This document shows, piece by piece, positions 10,658 through 21,680 of a stretch of DNA of 64,000 nt (its first letter is position 1; every line of letters starts with the position of its first letter). Both the position numbers and the translations under genes were made by a program. The notes under the pieces are model-generated. The model was not told where the DNA came from, ran no database searches, and was given only the letters and a program-made list of their open reading frames with translations. The stretch is from an uncultured delta proteobacterium (lineage in GTDB: Bacteria > Myxococcota > B64-G9). The DNA lies in contig CAVWHX010000003.1 of NCBI GenBank assembly GCA_963754925.1, positions 384,001 through 448,000 of the forward strand, read 5' to 3'.

Positions 10658-12260
10658 AGGATTATAGATCTCGTAATCCTCGCTGGCCATCTGCCCGTTG
10701 GCGCTAATGCCCCCAACCAGCACCACCATCCCGTTTTGAAGCAAGCTGGCGGTATGTCCGCCGCGCATTGAAACCATGGACAGCTGTTTTCTAGAACAGG
10801 TTTCAAACGGATTCATCAAAACGGCGGTATTGAGCGCCGCAGATAGGGCGCCCGACTGAAATCCGCCGCTTATCAACACCTGATTGCCCTGCAGGACGGT
10901 TGCGGTGTGCTCCCAACGCGGCTCGTCCAGGTCACACGACAGGCTGCTTACCTCAGCTACCGGGTCGACCATCTCACAACTGACTATCGCTGTCTTGGTA
11001 GTAATAGTGCTCAGCCCCCCGCACACAAACACCTTGGGCGCGCCCTGGTCGTCGGTCAATAACACCGCCGTATGCTCGGCGCGCGCCTCTTGCAGGAAGA
11101 AGGAGCTCGCCGTGGGTGCGCCGCCGCCAAACTCAATGCGATCCACCCGGTTGCTTGCCTTGAGACCACTGGGGACTTGACTCGTGTCTACTTCCCAACC
11201 GCCAATCACCACCACCCCATCCGAATATGCCACGGCAGTAGCCCCGCTGCGGGCAACCGACAGGTTCTCAACCTCGGAAAAATCGCCGGTGCTTGTTTTC
11301 AAAAAGCTCTATAGAATCTGTTGGTTGGAAGGCAGTATCGCTTCCACCGGCAAACAGCCAATCCTGGCTTGGGTCTAAAACACAGCTCGCCTGGCGGCTG
11401 CGGGGAACCGTCATCTTCGGACCATCGCTGAACCGGTTGGTGGCATACCCGAAGTATTCGGCTACCGTACTACCGGAGCCGAAATTCACCGTCGGTTCGC
11501 CGCCCACGAGCAGAATATCCGAGGACGGTAGCAACAGACTGGCGCTATGATGGGCTCTCGCTGCAAGCATACACAGTTCTTCGTTATCTGGATCACAGGC
11601 GGGGGCATTCGGCAACAACTGAAAGGCGCCGCTGGTGGGATCAAAAAGCTCGGCCGTCTGCAAGGCCCCATTGACTCCTACTTGCGCGAGATAGTCGTTG
11701 GGGTCCGGGGCACCGATACCGCCGGCAACCAACACCCGACCATTGACGAGCACGGTGGCGGTGTGAAATGCCCGCCGCGAACGCATCAGGGTGCGATAGC
11801 GCTGGGCCCAATCGCTCTCGGTCACCGCCGGCGGGGCCGAAAACTCGCCCACCCGGCTGATAAACAGATATATCAGGTTGGCGCCTTCTTTGAGCTCAAA
11901 CGGAGCCGATATCCCGCGTGATCGCACATACCCGCTGACGTCAAGTCCCTCTACGGTCAGCACCCGGTTGCTTCCCACCGGCACATCTTCAACCGTCCCG
12001 CTACCGCCCACCGTTAAATCAAATTCATCACGATGCAGGGCGAGCCCATCGCCTTCAACCGAGACCCGCAGTTTTTTGATTAGATTGGGATCGAGGGGAT
12101 TGTCCGTCTCGGTCGAGGTGTGGACCAGTTGCACGCTCACGCTGCCGACATTCATTTGACAGGCTGCGTTACCGATAAGAAAAAGAACGCAGGCGGGAGC
12201 CCACCATCCTCCCCTCTCTTGTCTTTGAGTTTTAATACCGTACACGCACATCCATGACAT
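10655..12260 (-). CDS. Kelch-repeat beta-propeller (lipo)protein, +1 frameshift at ~11296-11305
   Basis: Kelch repeats (R..HTATVL..G.VL..GG) in both ORFs 11268..12260 and 10655..11302; deleting one base gives IELFETSTGD. Start uncertain. Confidence 0.82.
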
Positions 12261-13239
12261 CCTTACGAAATACCGTCAGCGGTAGAGCGATAGCGGCAGC
12301 AATTACCCCGGCTGCCACCGGCCAGATCCACCAGTGCCGCACGTACCAGGGAGACTTCGGAGCGGCGTTGCCGGGCTCATGAGCAGCCAGTGGGCCGAAA
12401 TCGGCGGGCTTCCCGTTTGAAAGAGCAACGGGTGACACTCCGGCGACCTGCGCTACCGCAAGACGAACTCGCTCGCCCAGATCGCGGCCGGTCTTGGCGG
12501 GATCCTGCTCATCCAGCACCATCGTTTCCATCGCGGTAAAGGATCTTTTACTGACACCAAACAGCCTCACGCTGAGCATTGGCTTATCGCCGAGCCGCTC
12601 CATCGCGATCACCAACAAACCGTCAAGGCCCGCTGCCGCGCATAGGCGACTGAGCCGCTCAGGCGCCGGAAAAACCACTCTATTGACGGTGTGCTCCGCG
12701 CGAACTCGTTCGAAAACCTTGCGCACCGTGGGGCTATAGTAACCCTCGTCCAAGGTCAGGTTTGGTACCAATACCAGCGCCCGTTGAAATGTCCTGCGGG
12801 CCTCATCGTTGTTGCCGGCCTGTTGCAATGCCACGCCAAGCTGCAAGTTCGGTTCCGCCAAAAGAGCCGGATTATAGAACTCGACAAACCCTTCAGCCAG
12901 CTTTGCAGTGCCCTTGCGATAGAGATCGATCGCCAAATCAAGTTTGAGTTCCAAGTGCGCATCTCGAGCGCTCTGTAAAAGCTTTCCCGCGTCTTCAAGC
13001 ACTCCGGAGCGCCGATCAATCTCTCGAAGCAACGACTTGAGCTTATCCGGTCCGACCATGGCAACCGGCAGGCTCGACAACGATTCGTCGAAAACCTCTA
13101 TAGCCGTTTTAGCCTCTGTTATTTCAATCGGAGGGATAAGACTCCATCCAATGGCAGGCTTCGTATCGGAAGCTGACCCTGTTGCAACAACCGGAAGCGT
13201 AACCAAGAAGGCCCAAAACACGAATGGTGCGCGCCGCAT
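12232..13239 (-). CDS. Exported TPR-like protein with C-terminal membrane anchor
   Basis: Signal peptide; LGVALQQAG..EARRTFQRAL TPR-like helix; YSPTVR; PWYVRHWWIW anchor typical of myxobacterial proteins. Confidence 0.65.
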   Translation of the reverse strand: MRRAPFVFWAFLVTLPVVATGSASDTKPAIGWSLIPPIEITEAKTAIEVFDESLSSLPVAMVGPDKLKSLLREIDRRSGVLEDAGKLLQSARDAHLELKLDLAIDLYRKGTAKLAEGFVEFYNPALLAEPNLQLGVALQQAGNNDEARRTFQRALVLVPNLTLDEGYYSPTVRKVFERVRAEHTVNRVVFPAPERLSRLCAAAGLDGLLVIAMERLGDKPMLSVRLFGVSKRSFTAMETMVLDEQDPAKTGRDLGERVRLAVAQVAGVSPVALSNGKPADFGPLAAHEPGNAAPKSPWYVRHWWIWPVAAGVIAAAIALPLTVFRKDVMDVRVRY

Positions 13240-13347
13240 CTCATAAATAATATTATACTTTTTGTGGTTAATAGTCAAAACAATCGAGAGAGATCCAGCA
13301 CATTTCAATTTCTAAGAGATGACACGTTCAATCGGTCGACCGCGGTT

Positions 13348-15742
13348 TTAGTGGTCGTACTGCAACCCTACGAAACAAAGTATATGGTTTGGATCGCCCC
13401 AGATGTATTGAGCTTGGTTGATGTTGAATAGGTTGCGCACGCTGACATAGGCCGCCAAGCCGTTCCAGATATTGTAGCTTACCTTGGCGTTGAGTAGGAA
13501 GCTTTGCTGAATCTCGGCCTGGCCCGATGTAATCGGGTTGCTTATATTCCCTGTCGTTATGTTGTAATGAATCTGCGTACGGCTGGAAAAAAAGTAGCTG
13601 TTGACGTTGATGTTCCATTTTTCCGCCGGTTGGTAATTCAGATAAAAGCCGCCGTACACATCGGGCGTGCCCACGTGAGGTTGAGATTTTAATTTGGTTA
13701 CTCGAATCCAAAGGATTATAGGACAGATTGTAACTAAAAAAGGCTTCCATGAGGTTAGGAGTCTGGTGCTCAAGCTGTGTTTGTTGTACGGTGGCGAATA
13801 CTCGACCTTGAAATCTTTGGGAAGTGTAGCTCAATGAGACTGTGGAGCCCAATTGCCATGCCTCGAGATCCAAATTGTCATATTGGAAGATTATACCACG
13901 GCTTGGGTCCGAGTCAGTGAAATGATAGAATAAATTCGAGAAGTTACGCGCTTTGGTGCCGAACACCTCGATGGATACTTCGATCTTCTGGCTGAAGCGA
14001 GTTCGGTAGCCGATCTCAACAGTATCCATGGTGACCAGATCCAAGGCATTGTTCCCATGAAAGGATGCGCACATTCCCAAGACGCAAAGCGGCGGGCCGC
14101 CGTAAAAAGATTCCAACATCGTCGGGCTCTTGCTGGCGCGCGCATAACTGACACGAAGAATATGATCGTCGGCCGGCGTGTACGTTATGGCAAATTGAAA
14201 TGAAGGCCAAACCATCTGGCCGTGTTTGGTCACGGGGTTGGTGTTGTCGATTGGTTCCATCTCATAATAGCTGTCTTCCGTGCGATCAAAGTACGTATCC
14301 AGCCGAACCGCTTCAACGAAGCGGAGCCGTTTCCAGAATGTCTGCTCCAGCCCTACGGAGACGGAAGCGCTTTGAATCGCCTTGGTTTCTCCCAGGTTTT
14401 GGGTATCACTCCAGGTCGAGAACGGAACGCCCGAGTACTCGGCTCGGCGGAAGCTCACCCCGGGCCGCACGCGCAGCCACTCCCATACAAAATCATAATC
14501 AAGATTGAGGTCGAGAGTGTTGAAGTTGTATTCGTAGCGTTCTCGGGTGGTTCCATCCGGCAAGAGAGTTTTGTTGCCCGGGACCATCTGATGACCGGAA
14601 TTAAAGGAAGCTTGGAACGTAAAATTGTAAAAGTGCGAGCGGAGATCGAGATACCAGCTCTGGCTATCGTGCTCGGCTAAGGGGGAGTATATACCATCAA
14701 TGTACTCGCGCAGGGTTCGGCTTTCCTGGTACCCGCCGTTGAGATTGAAGGAAAGTTTTTCATTCGGCTCATAAGCAACGAATCCGGTGGAAGCCACCGT
14801 GCGATAGGCCCGCCCGAGATCGGGGTACCCCGCCTTGGCATTGTCGGGACTGAGAGGACCCATTGAACTGTTAAGTTGTGTTGAACTAGCTACCTGCGTT
14901 CCCGAATAATAGGAAAACAGCTTGTCATCGAACCGATCATAGGAATGGTAGTTGGCCGAAGCCCCGCCGGATATTGACTTATATTTGTATCCGAATCTGC
15001 CGCTGGCGGAGTATTGTCCCAGGGTGTAGTCGCTCTTCCATTTAGGGTCCTGGGAGGATAGAGCCCCTTCCGCCTGGACATTGGCATGCGGCCCGTCGGT
15101 GGTGTATTTGCGGGTGATGATGTTAATCACGCCGGTGACCGCATTGGGGCCATAAAGGGCCGCGACCGGACCGCGGACGAGCTCGATGCGCTCCACATCG
15201 ACAATGTCTACCGGCAAGGCTTCCCAGAAGGTTCCACCCTGAAGATAGTTGTAGACCACCCGGTAGTCGATCATGACCAACACGGTGGAGGAAGCAAAAT
15301 CTTGCAACATGCTGCCGGGTTGTATGTTGTCGAAGCCGCGTATGTGTATGTCGAAATTACCCGGGGTCTGCTCGTATACCAACACGCCGGGCAGCAGGCG
15401 CAGGGCTTCGGGTATGGTGCGCGCGCCAGATTTTTGGATTATGTCCCGGGTGATGACGTCAGCGGAAAAGGGCGAGTCGAACACCGTTTCCTCTCGTTTG
15501 GAGGCGGACTCTATGATGGGCTCCTGCAGAAGCTCAAACTCGTTCTCGAGCAACTGGTCCTTCACCGGAGCCGGCGCAACCGCTGACTCCGGCGCAACCG
15601 CCGTATCAGGTTCGGTCACGGTCTCCGTTGGAGTTGGAGCCGCTTGTCCGGCCGGTCCTTCCTGACCTGTTACAGAAAGCGGCATCAAGCACAACAGAAC
15701 GATTACCAACGGTTGTATCGGTGAATGCTTTAATAATTTCAT
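13348..15742 (-). CDS. TonB-dependent receptor, +1 frameshift at ~13687-13690
   Basis: Plug domain (VITRDIIQKSGARTIPEALRLLPGV, ERIELVRGPVAALYGPNAVTGVINIIT); barrel C-terminus (LLNAKVSY..RNLFN..GLQY) lies in frame 13348..13773. Confidence 0.88.
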
Positions 15743-15857
15743 CCCGCCCCCCTAACCAAAAGGGATTAAGCCCCACAAAGATTATGTCTCATACACCAAT
15801 GGTTAGCAAAAATTTGACCCGTAATACTGAAGAGGAAAAACGTGGCCTATAGGAGTA

Positions 15858-16736
15858 TCAGTGCAGTCTTCGCGTGCAGTGCGTTTCCAACCAATCGGTG
15901 AGATCTTCAAAGACGCGTTCGCGCCCAACCTCGTTGAACACATCATGGTAATATCTATCATAAATCTTCAGTTGCTTGTTCCTCGTGTTCGCCGATTCAA
16001 AAAAGGCCCTAGTTGCATACAGCGATGATAGTCGATCGTCGCCCGCCTGAAGCACCAGTAACGGTCCCGGCACCCATCCGGCCTCGGTCAGAGCAACCTG
16101 TTGCGCAGTAAGAATTCCGGCATACCACCCAATCGTCGCCACGGTGCCAACCAACGGGTCCGAAACATAGCGTTCAACGACGCTTCGATCGTGGCTCAGG
16201 TAGTTGTGGTCAAACGAATTGTTAATAGACACCGTCAAGGACGGCAGCATCCGCGAGAACAGGCTGACCGCAACTATCTTGATGGGCGTGAACTTGACCG
16301 CCATTCCAAAAAAAGGCGAGCTCAGTACCAATCCCCCGAGGTGCTCCCCCTCGATCTCGGCCAATCGGGCGCAGATCAATCCGCCCTGGCCATGGCCAAG
16401 AAGTATGGGCTTTCCGCGATAGCCCTGACGTCGGATCTCGCCCAGAAACAAACGGATATCGCTGAGGTAGTCACTGAAATGATCTATATGCGCCCGTTTT
16501 CCTCCGGCTTGTCCGTGACCGCGGTAGTCAACCGCAGCGACCGACCAACCACCGTCGTTGAGAGCCTGAGCGAGCTCCTGATAGCGGCCACTGTGCTCCG
16601 CGAGTCCGTGCACTACGGCCACTAACCCCCGCGGTTTCGGCACCGACCACTGACGATAAAAAAGTCTTAATCCATCTTGTGAATTAAAAAAGTGCTCTTT
16701 ATATCTAACACTCACCAAGCGGCTCCGCCAGGCCAA
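15858..16736 (-). CDS. Alpha/beta hydrolase, lysophospholipase/monoacylglycerol lipase family (nucleophile Ser appears replaced by Gly)
   Basis: HGLAEHSGRY, DYRGHG, LSSPF, DPLV, YHDVFNE; elbow reads GHGQGG. Confidence 0.85.
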   Translation of the reverse strand: MAWRSRLVSVRYKEHFFNSQDGLRLFYRQWSVPKPRGLVAVVHGLAEHSGRYQELAQALNDGGWSVAAVDYRGHGQAGGKRAHIDHFSDYLSDIRLFLGEIRRQGYRGKPILLGHGQGGLICARLAEIEGEHLGGLVLSSPFFGMAVKFTPIKIVAVSLFSRMLPSLTVSINNSFDHNYLSHDRSVVERYVSDPLVGTVATIGWYAGILTAQQVALTEAGWVPGPLLVLQAGDDRLSSLYATRAFFESANTRNKQLKIYDRYYHDVFNEVGRERVFEDLTDWLETHCTRRLH

Positions 16737-16812
16737 ACCACGACCTCTTCATGATATCATAACGCGGCTCGATTAGAAAAAATTCAACCGATCCGCAGTA
16801 CCATGAAAAAGG

Positions 16813-17166
16813 TCATTGAACCAGCATCGTTGTAGGTAAAAAGTTTTCCTCGGGAAGGGGCACAAAACCTGAAAAGTGCACTCCCATCCCCAACAAAAGT
16901 TTGCGGGGAGAACCACCGGCAGACCGATTCATAAAACAAATATGAACAACCTCACCTAATGCCGTCATCTCCATTTCGTTGCCCGGAAAAGAGAAGGTAA
17001 TTCTCAGTTGACTTCCCAATGGGTAGGGGTCCAAGGTCTCAATAAACATGCCGCCCTCGGAAATATTTCTTGCAATTCCAAAGGCATTTCCCCAAGCACC
17101 GCTGATGTATACCGAGAAAACTTTATTGAATCTGCTGTTAACTCGTCGTTCGTAATCTGTTGTCAT
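16813..17166 (-). CDS. PilZ domain protein
   Basis: RRVNSR (RxxxR) and NISEGG (D/NxSxxG), GMGVHF. Confidence 0.85.
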   Translation of the reverse strand: MTTDYERRVNSRFNKVFSVYISGAWGNAFGIARNISEGGMFIETLDPYPLGSQLRITFSFPGNEMEMTALGEVVHICFMNRSAGGSPRKLLLGMGVHFSGFVPLPEENFLPTTMLVQ

Positions 17167-17204
17167 ATATCTTCTCCATAACGAATCACTTTATGTCATA
17201 CTTG

Positions 17205-17220
17205 ATACTACATGTAGTAT
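17205..17220. promoter_or_regulatory. Perfect 16-bp palindrome, candidate operator in a divergent intergenic region
   Basis: ATACTACATGTAGTAT between the PilZ gene and the metallophosphoesterase. Confidence 0.4.
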
Positions 17221-17368
17221 AAGGTGGTCAAGTAATTTGTGGGCACCGGTCTAGGGCTGCTGCCAACCGACGAATACCCAGAGCCTACATGAAAATGACC
17301 CACTACCGCTCGCTGAGAACGGGCAACTTTTAGGAGATCTCGATGTATTCTGGTATATTAATTTTAAC

Positions 17369-18985
17369 ATGAGCTCTGACACGCAACATGATCTGGTTGT
17401 ACTGAGCGACCTACATATTGGCGAGGGCCTCATCCACGATCCTCCTCAATATTCCCCTATGGAGGACTTTTTTCACGATCAGGCCTTTGCTAACCTCCTT
17501 GAGAACCTTCATAATCGCTACCGCAACGATCCTTCCCAGTTGGTGCTGGTATTCAATGGCGATGTATTCGACTTCTTGACGGTGACACGGGTTCCCAAAC
17601 CGGGCGATAGTATGGAGGTGGGATATCGCGTATCCCGTGCTGAACGAAAATTCGGTCTCAACCCAACGCCGGCCAAGTCGGTTTATAAATTAGATGCGAT
17701 TTTAAATGGTCACCAGCTATTCTTCACCGCCCTGGCGCGCTTTCTTGCCGCCGGGTTTCGACTCGAGATCCTGCGCGGCAACCATGACCTTGAACTTTTT
17801 TTCCCCGAAGTTCAGGAGCACCTGCAAAACCATCTGTGCAACCTCTCCGGAGGTCCGACCGCCGCCCAGGCACGTGAACAGATTAGGTTCCACCAGTGGT
17901 TTTACCTTGAACCAGGTCGGCTGTATATCGAGCATGGAAACCAGTACGAGGCTTCCAACAGCATTCGTTATCCACTCAGTCCCATCCTCCCCCACAAGCG
18001 TGACGTGATCCTCGACTACCCTCTGGGTTCGCTGTTTGTGCGCTACTTTTACAACCGTGTTCACCACCTCGATCCCTATACTCCCAAGATGATCTCCTTT
18101 GAGCAATACGTGGAGTTTATACGCCGCTACAATTTAATCGATCTCCTGCGCATCTTTGAGGATCACTACTCCTTCTTCGTCAGCGCCCTTCAATCAGACA
18201 CCACCGGCGGTCGCTCGCGCTCGTCTTTTGCTGAAGATGCCAAACAGGAGAGCGCGTTTTTACAGGCTGATGCCGCCGTGAACGTCTCCGGCCTTCATCA
18301 CAATCTCAACAAGTTGAAGAATAACCCCATGTCTGCTTCAAAGCTGGCATTATTCAGGGAGATGTTCTTTCCCGTGATCAAACGGTTGCTGCGTTTTTCG
18401 GCGATTGCTTTTGGGTCATTGTATTTGTGGCTGCTGACCTTCAACGTAATCCAGGCCACCCCATGGCTGGTGGAGAATGTTTTCCTCAAAGCCGTCCTGC
18501 TGACGCTCTTTGCTATTTTTTCTTTGCTGCTTCTTATTTGGGGGGGCAACTATTCAGGCCAGAAACTGCGCTATCGACCGGGCGAGACCTTGACAATGGG
18601 CGCCGTGCGAGCCGATCCCATCGCGCGCCTCACCGGTGTCAAACTGGTCCTCATGGGTCATACCCATGTCGTCGACATCCGCAAGGTGGCCGATGGCAAG
18701 GCCACCTATGCCAATAGTGGCACCTGGACATCCGTCGCGAATCCCTGGAGCCGAATCTTTCCCGATGCGCGACGATTGACCTTCCTGTACGTGCGCGGCA
18801 ATCGCGTAGAGATTTGCCGCTGGAATGACGACGCACTGCGAATCGATCTGGTACCGATATTTGATAGCAGCGAAAGCATGCTCCCCGGCCGGGATCGGTT
18901 GCGTTCGAAAACCTCGCGACCTAAGCATCCCGCCCGCAGGCGTCGGCGTTCCCTGAAACGTCCGGAGTCGAATCCGCGCCAATAG
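17369..18985 (+). CDS. Calcineurin-like metallophosphoesterase with internal TM hairpin
   Basis: SDLH, GDVFD, GNHD, EHG, GHTH motifs; two hydrophobic helices before the last motif. Confidence 0.8.
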   Translation: MSSDTQHDLVVLSDLHIGEGLIHDPPQYSPMEDFFHDQAFANLLENLHNRYRNDPSQLVLVFNGDVFDFLTVTRVPKPGDSMEVGYRVSRAERKFGLNPTPAKSVYKLDAILNGHQLFFTALARFLAAGFRLEILRGNHDLELFFPEVQEHLQNHLCNLSGGPTAAQAREQIRFHQWFYLEPGRLYIEHGNQYEASNSIRYPLSPILPHKRDVILDYPLGSLFVRYFYNRVHHLDPYTPKMISFEQYVEFIRRYNLIDLLRIFEDHYSFFVSALQSDTTGGRSRSSFAEDAKQESAFLQADAAVNVSGLHHNLNKLKNNPMSASKLALFREMFFPVIKRLLRFSAIAFGSLYLWLLTFNVIQATPWLVENVFLKAVLLTLFAIFSLLLLIWGGNYSGQKLRYRPGETLTMGAVRADPIARLTGVKLVLMGHTHVVDIRKVADGKATYANSGTWTSVANPWSRIFPDARRLTFLYVRGNRVEICRWNDDALRIDLVPIFDSSESMLPGRDRLRSKTSRPKHPARRRRRSLKRPESNPRQ

Positions 18986-18989
18986 GTAA

Positions 18990-19217
18990 TTATTTTCTGT
19001 CCGTATCCTGGGTTTCCGCGCTCTCTTTTGAGGTTCGTTCCCGATACCGAAGGACGATGCGCACCACCATGCCGGTGACGGTTCCTATCAGTAATCCCAC
19101 CATTGCAAGATACATCGCCTGTGGCCCAGAACTGCCGCCGCCAACGACGTACCCGATCGCCGCTCCGATGACTCCGAGGAGGGATAACCACGGAATATAG
19201 TTGTAGTTGAGTGCCAT
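18990..19217 (-). CDS. Small two-TM membrane protein
   Basis: AAGGAG RBS, two hydrophobic Gly-rich helices. Confidence 0.6.
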   Translation of the reverse strand: MALNYNYIPWLSLLGVIGAAIGYVVGGGSSGPQAMYLAMVGLLIGTVTGMVVRIVLRYRERTSKESAETQDTDRK

Positions 19218-19395
19218 TGCTCCTTCCCTAGCATACGTGATTGGTCACCGTAAGATTTTATAATGCTTGACTTTTCAACTATCAAGGGTTTTAGTCAACT
19301 CAAAATAAATCCGACCAGCTTCTTCAAGCCGAACCACCCGGTGAGATGTCGCAATCAGAAGTAACCAGCCATTATGGCCTCGAGGAGGGTAGAAC

Positions 19396-20313
19396 ATGCT
19401 AACTGATAAACGCTTTTGGAAAGCAGTCTTTTGGCACTTGGCGATGACAATATTGGTGGGAGCTATTGCAGTTGGGTGCGGTACGATATGTAATACTGAT
19501 GGCAGTGGTTGTATAATCCCGCCGACAGGTTGTACAAATGGCCAAACGCAGTGCAGCAGCAACGAAGTACAGACTTGTCAGAACGGCGCCTGGGTCAATA
19601 CCACTGACTGCTCGGCTTCTGGCGGTACCTGCCAAAACGGTCAGTGCGTTGCACCCCCAGCCTGCACCGATGGCCAGACACAGTGTTGGGGCGACGAAAC
19701 TGTAATTTGCCAGAATGGTGGATGGGTTCCTACGGGGAACTGCTCTCTTCTCGGCGATTATATCTGCCAAAATGGTCGATGTGTTGCCGCGCCATGCACC
19801 GATGGTCAGACACGGTGCGATAGCACAGAAGCTGTAACTTGCAAGAATGGTGTATGGGACTACGCCAACGCCACATTCTGCGCTGATGCTGGCAATATTT
19901 GCCAAAATGGTAAATGTGTTGCCTCGCCGCCCTGCACCGATGGCCAGACGCTATGTATAAATGACGATGTTCGAACTTGCCAGAATGGTGCTTGGGTCAA
20001 TATCGCGCTCTGCTCTGCTTTCGGCAATATCTGCCAAAATGCACAATGTGTTGCCTCGCCGGCCTGCACCGATGGTCAGACGCGATGTAGAGGCGATGAA
20101 GTTCAAACTTGCCAGAATGATGCATGGGTCAATACCACATTCTGCGAGGATACTGGCAAAATTTGCCAAAATGGTCAATGTGTCGGATGTCTGACGGCAG
20201 CTGATTGCCCCAAGTATCTGCCGGCCCTCTGCATGTTATGCCCCGACGGTAGCGCCGGCTGTGCGCATTGGATATGTAACGCCGGCACATGCCAGATGGT
20301 GTACTGCCCCTAA
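19396..20313 (+). CDS. Cys-rich tandem-repeat lipoprotein
   Basis: GAGGAGG RBS, lipobox AVGC, five ~43-aa repeats CT(D/N)GQTxC..CQNG.W..C..CQNGQCV. Confidence 0.8.
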   Translation: MLTDKRFWKAVFWHLAMTILVGAIAVGCGTICNTDGSGCIIPPTGCTNGQTQCSSNEVQTCQNGAWVNTTDCSASGGTCQNGQCVAPPACTDGQTQCWGDETVICQNGGWVPTGNCSLLGDYICQNGRCVAAPCTDGQTRCDSTEAVTCKNGVWDYANATFCADAGNICQNGKCVASPPCTDGQTLCINDDVRTCQNGAWVNIALCSAFGNICQNAQCVASPACTDGQTRCRGDEVQTCQNDAWVNTTFCEDTGKICQNGQCVGCLTAADCPKYLPALCMLCPDGSAGCAHWICNAGTCQMVYCP

Positions 20314-20360
20314 AACATATTTCGTCTGCGCTAACATAAACCACCTTATGTGAATAGAGA

Positions 20361-20481
20361 AAGCCCAACATCGTCGCTACCACAATTTTTAGGAGACTGT
20401 GCTCTTGGCTTTCCGGGAGAAGACTCGCGGCCCCCACAAAAATGAACTCGCCAGCAAAAACCGCCAGCAATAGTGCAAGGA
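20361..20481 (-). pseudogene. Fragment of a ZIP transporter gene (diverged copy of 21784-21904)
   Basis: About 120-bp direct repeat with 6 substitutions, encoding LLAVFAGEFIFVGAASLLPESQEHSLLKIVVATMLGF. Confidence 0.85.
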
Positions 20482-20491
20482 GGGTGCTCAA

Positions 20492-21538
20492 GTGGAAAAA
20501 CAGGTAAAAACAGGTTTTGAATTTACTATCCTTAGGACCCGGGCTGCGGCCATTGCCCTGTGCGCCGTTGTTGCGCTGTGCGGCGCGGGCACGCGCGCAG
20601 TCGCCCTGCCGACACTGGACGAGCTGATGGCTGACTTCGACTTCAGCAAGGACGACGTGCAGCGGGTGCGCAACGGCGAGTTGGTCAAGACGACGACGAA
20701 GGAGACGTCCGACAAAGAAATCGCGGCCGTCATGGTGTTTCTCGTCAAGGCCCCGGTGCAGAAGCTCCTCGCGTCGTTGAAAGGGGGACCGAGCTCGCGC
20801 GACGATCCGCAGGTGCAAGCCGCCACGGAGATCAGCGCCGAGGGCGTCTTTGTCGACCCCAAGGCCGTGGTGCTCCAGCCCGGTAGCGACAAAGAAACGC
20901 GGCGCTATCTCAGCGCTGAGCCAGGCGACACGTTGAATCTCTCGGTCGCAGAGATCGCCCGCTTCGCGGGGCTTAAGGGCGCAGGCCAGCCGCAGGTCGA
21001 AGACGCCGTGCGACAGATGCTGCTCGCCCGCTATCGGGCGTATCGGTCGCAAGGGTTGGCCGGCATCGCGCCGTACGCCCGCGGCAAGAACAAGCAATCC
21101 CAGGCAGCGGACGATCTCCGCCGCGCTACGGAGGCCGCCAAAGGAGTCAAGAAGTACGCGCCTGCTTTCTACGATATCCTCATGAATTATCCGCAGGGCA
21201 CCCCAACGGGACTCACGCAGCACTTCTTCTGTATCCGTTACGCGTTGGGCGGCCGGCCCAACTTCATGTTGCGGCAGCGCCTCGCTATGCCGCTCGGGGA
21301 TACGTACGTGGTCGCCGATCGCGATTTCTACGTGAGCCACGACTATAACGATACGCAGGCCGTCGCCGCACTGCTTCCCGCGGAGAACGGAACGGTGGTA
21401 GTGTACCTGAACCGCATCACCACCGACCAACTCGGCGGCTTCGGCGCCTCCGCCAAACAGGCTATCGGTCGCAATATGATGGCGAAACAAATCAGCGAGA
21501 TTTTCGAGAGGGCCCGCGCCGGCTTCAAGGACAAGTGA
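20492..21538 (+). CDS. Exported hypothetical protein (start uncertain)
   Basis: High-GC codon usage, signal-like AIALCAVVALC..AVA; first codons lie in an AT-rich junction. Confidence 0.65.
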   Translation: MEKQVKTGFEFTILRTRAAAIALCAVVALCGAGTRAVALPTLDELMADFDFSKDDVQRVRNGELVKTTTKETSDKEIAAVMVFLVKAPVQKLLASLKGGPSSRDDPQVQAATEISAEGVFVDPKAVVLQPGSDKETRRYLSAEPGDTLNLSVAEIARFAGLKGAGQPQVEDAVRQMLLARYRAYRSQGLAGIAPYARGKNKQSQAADDLRRATEAAKGVKKYAPAFYDILMNYPQGTPTGLTQHFFCIRYALGGRPNFMLRQRLAMPLGDTYVVADRDFYVSHDYNDTQAVAALLPAENGTVVVYLNRITTDQLGGFGASAKQAIGRNMMAKQISEIFERARAGFKDK

Positions 21539-21586
21539 TGCGCCAAACCGATATGCGTGCGCAGCTCTGGACTCGACCAAATGCAT

Positions 21587-21680
21587 CCTGTCATTCGCCA
21601 AATCTCGTCAATATTGAAATATAAGCATTTTCTGATTTACCTTCCCTCTCTCATCTTGGCCTGAAATATTGCCAGGGTGT
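21587..21680 (+). repeat. CCT-terminus element, copy L (putative mobile-element end)
   Basis: CCTGTCATTCGCCAAATCTCGTCAATATTGAAATATAAGCATTTTCTGATT...AAATATTGCCAGGGTGT; inverted homologue at 33091-33183, direct homologue at 38214-38264. Confidence 0.85.

Noticed and set aside
13328..15742. TonB receptor, kelch, ZIP, HdeD and phosphoesterase genes as true pseudogenes
   Set aside because: Each has one +1 homopolymer indel and no other decay; sequencing error is the simpler explanation.
19220..19395. Left attachment site of the tmRNA island
   Set aside because: No copy of the ssrA 3' end was found; a lone TTGGTCA at 19241 is too short to be meaningful.
19530..20190. CRISPR-like periodic repeats
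   Set aside because: The repeats are in-frame coding units of a Cys-rich protein, with no constant repeat/unique spacer pattern and no cas genes.
20129..21601. 490-aa minus-strand ORF that appears fused to a ZIP segment
   Set aside because: Antisense shadow of the high-GC gene 20492-21538 that happens to read through the ZIP fragment.
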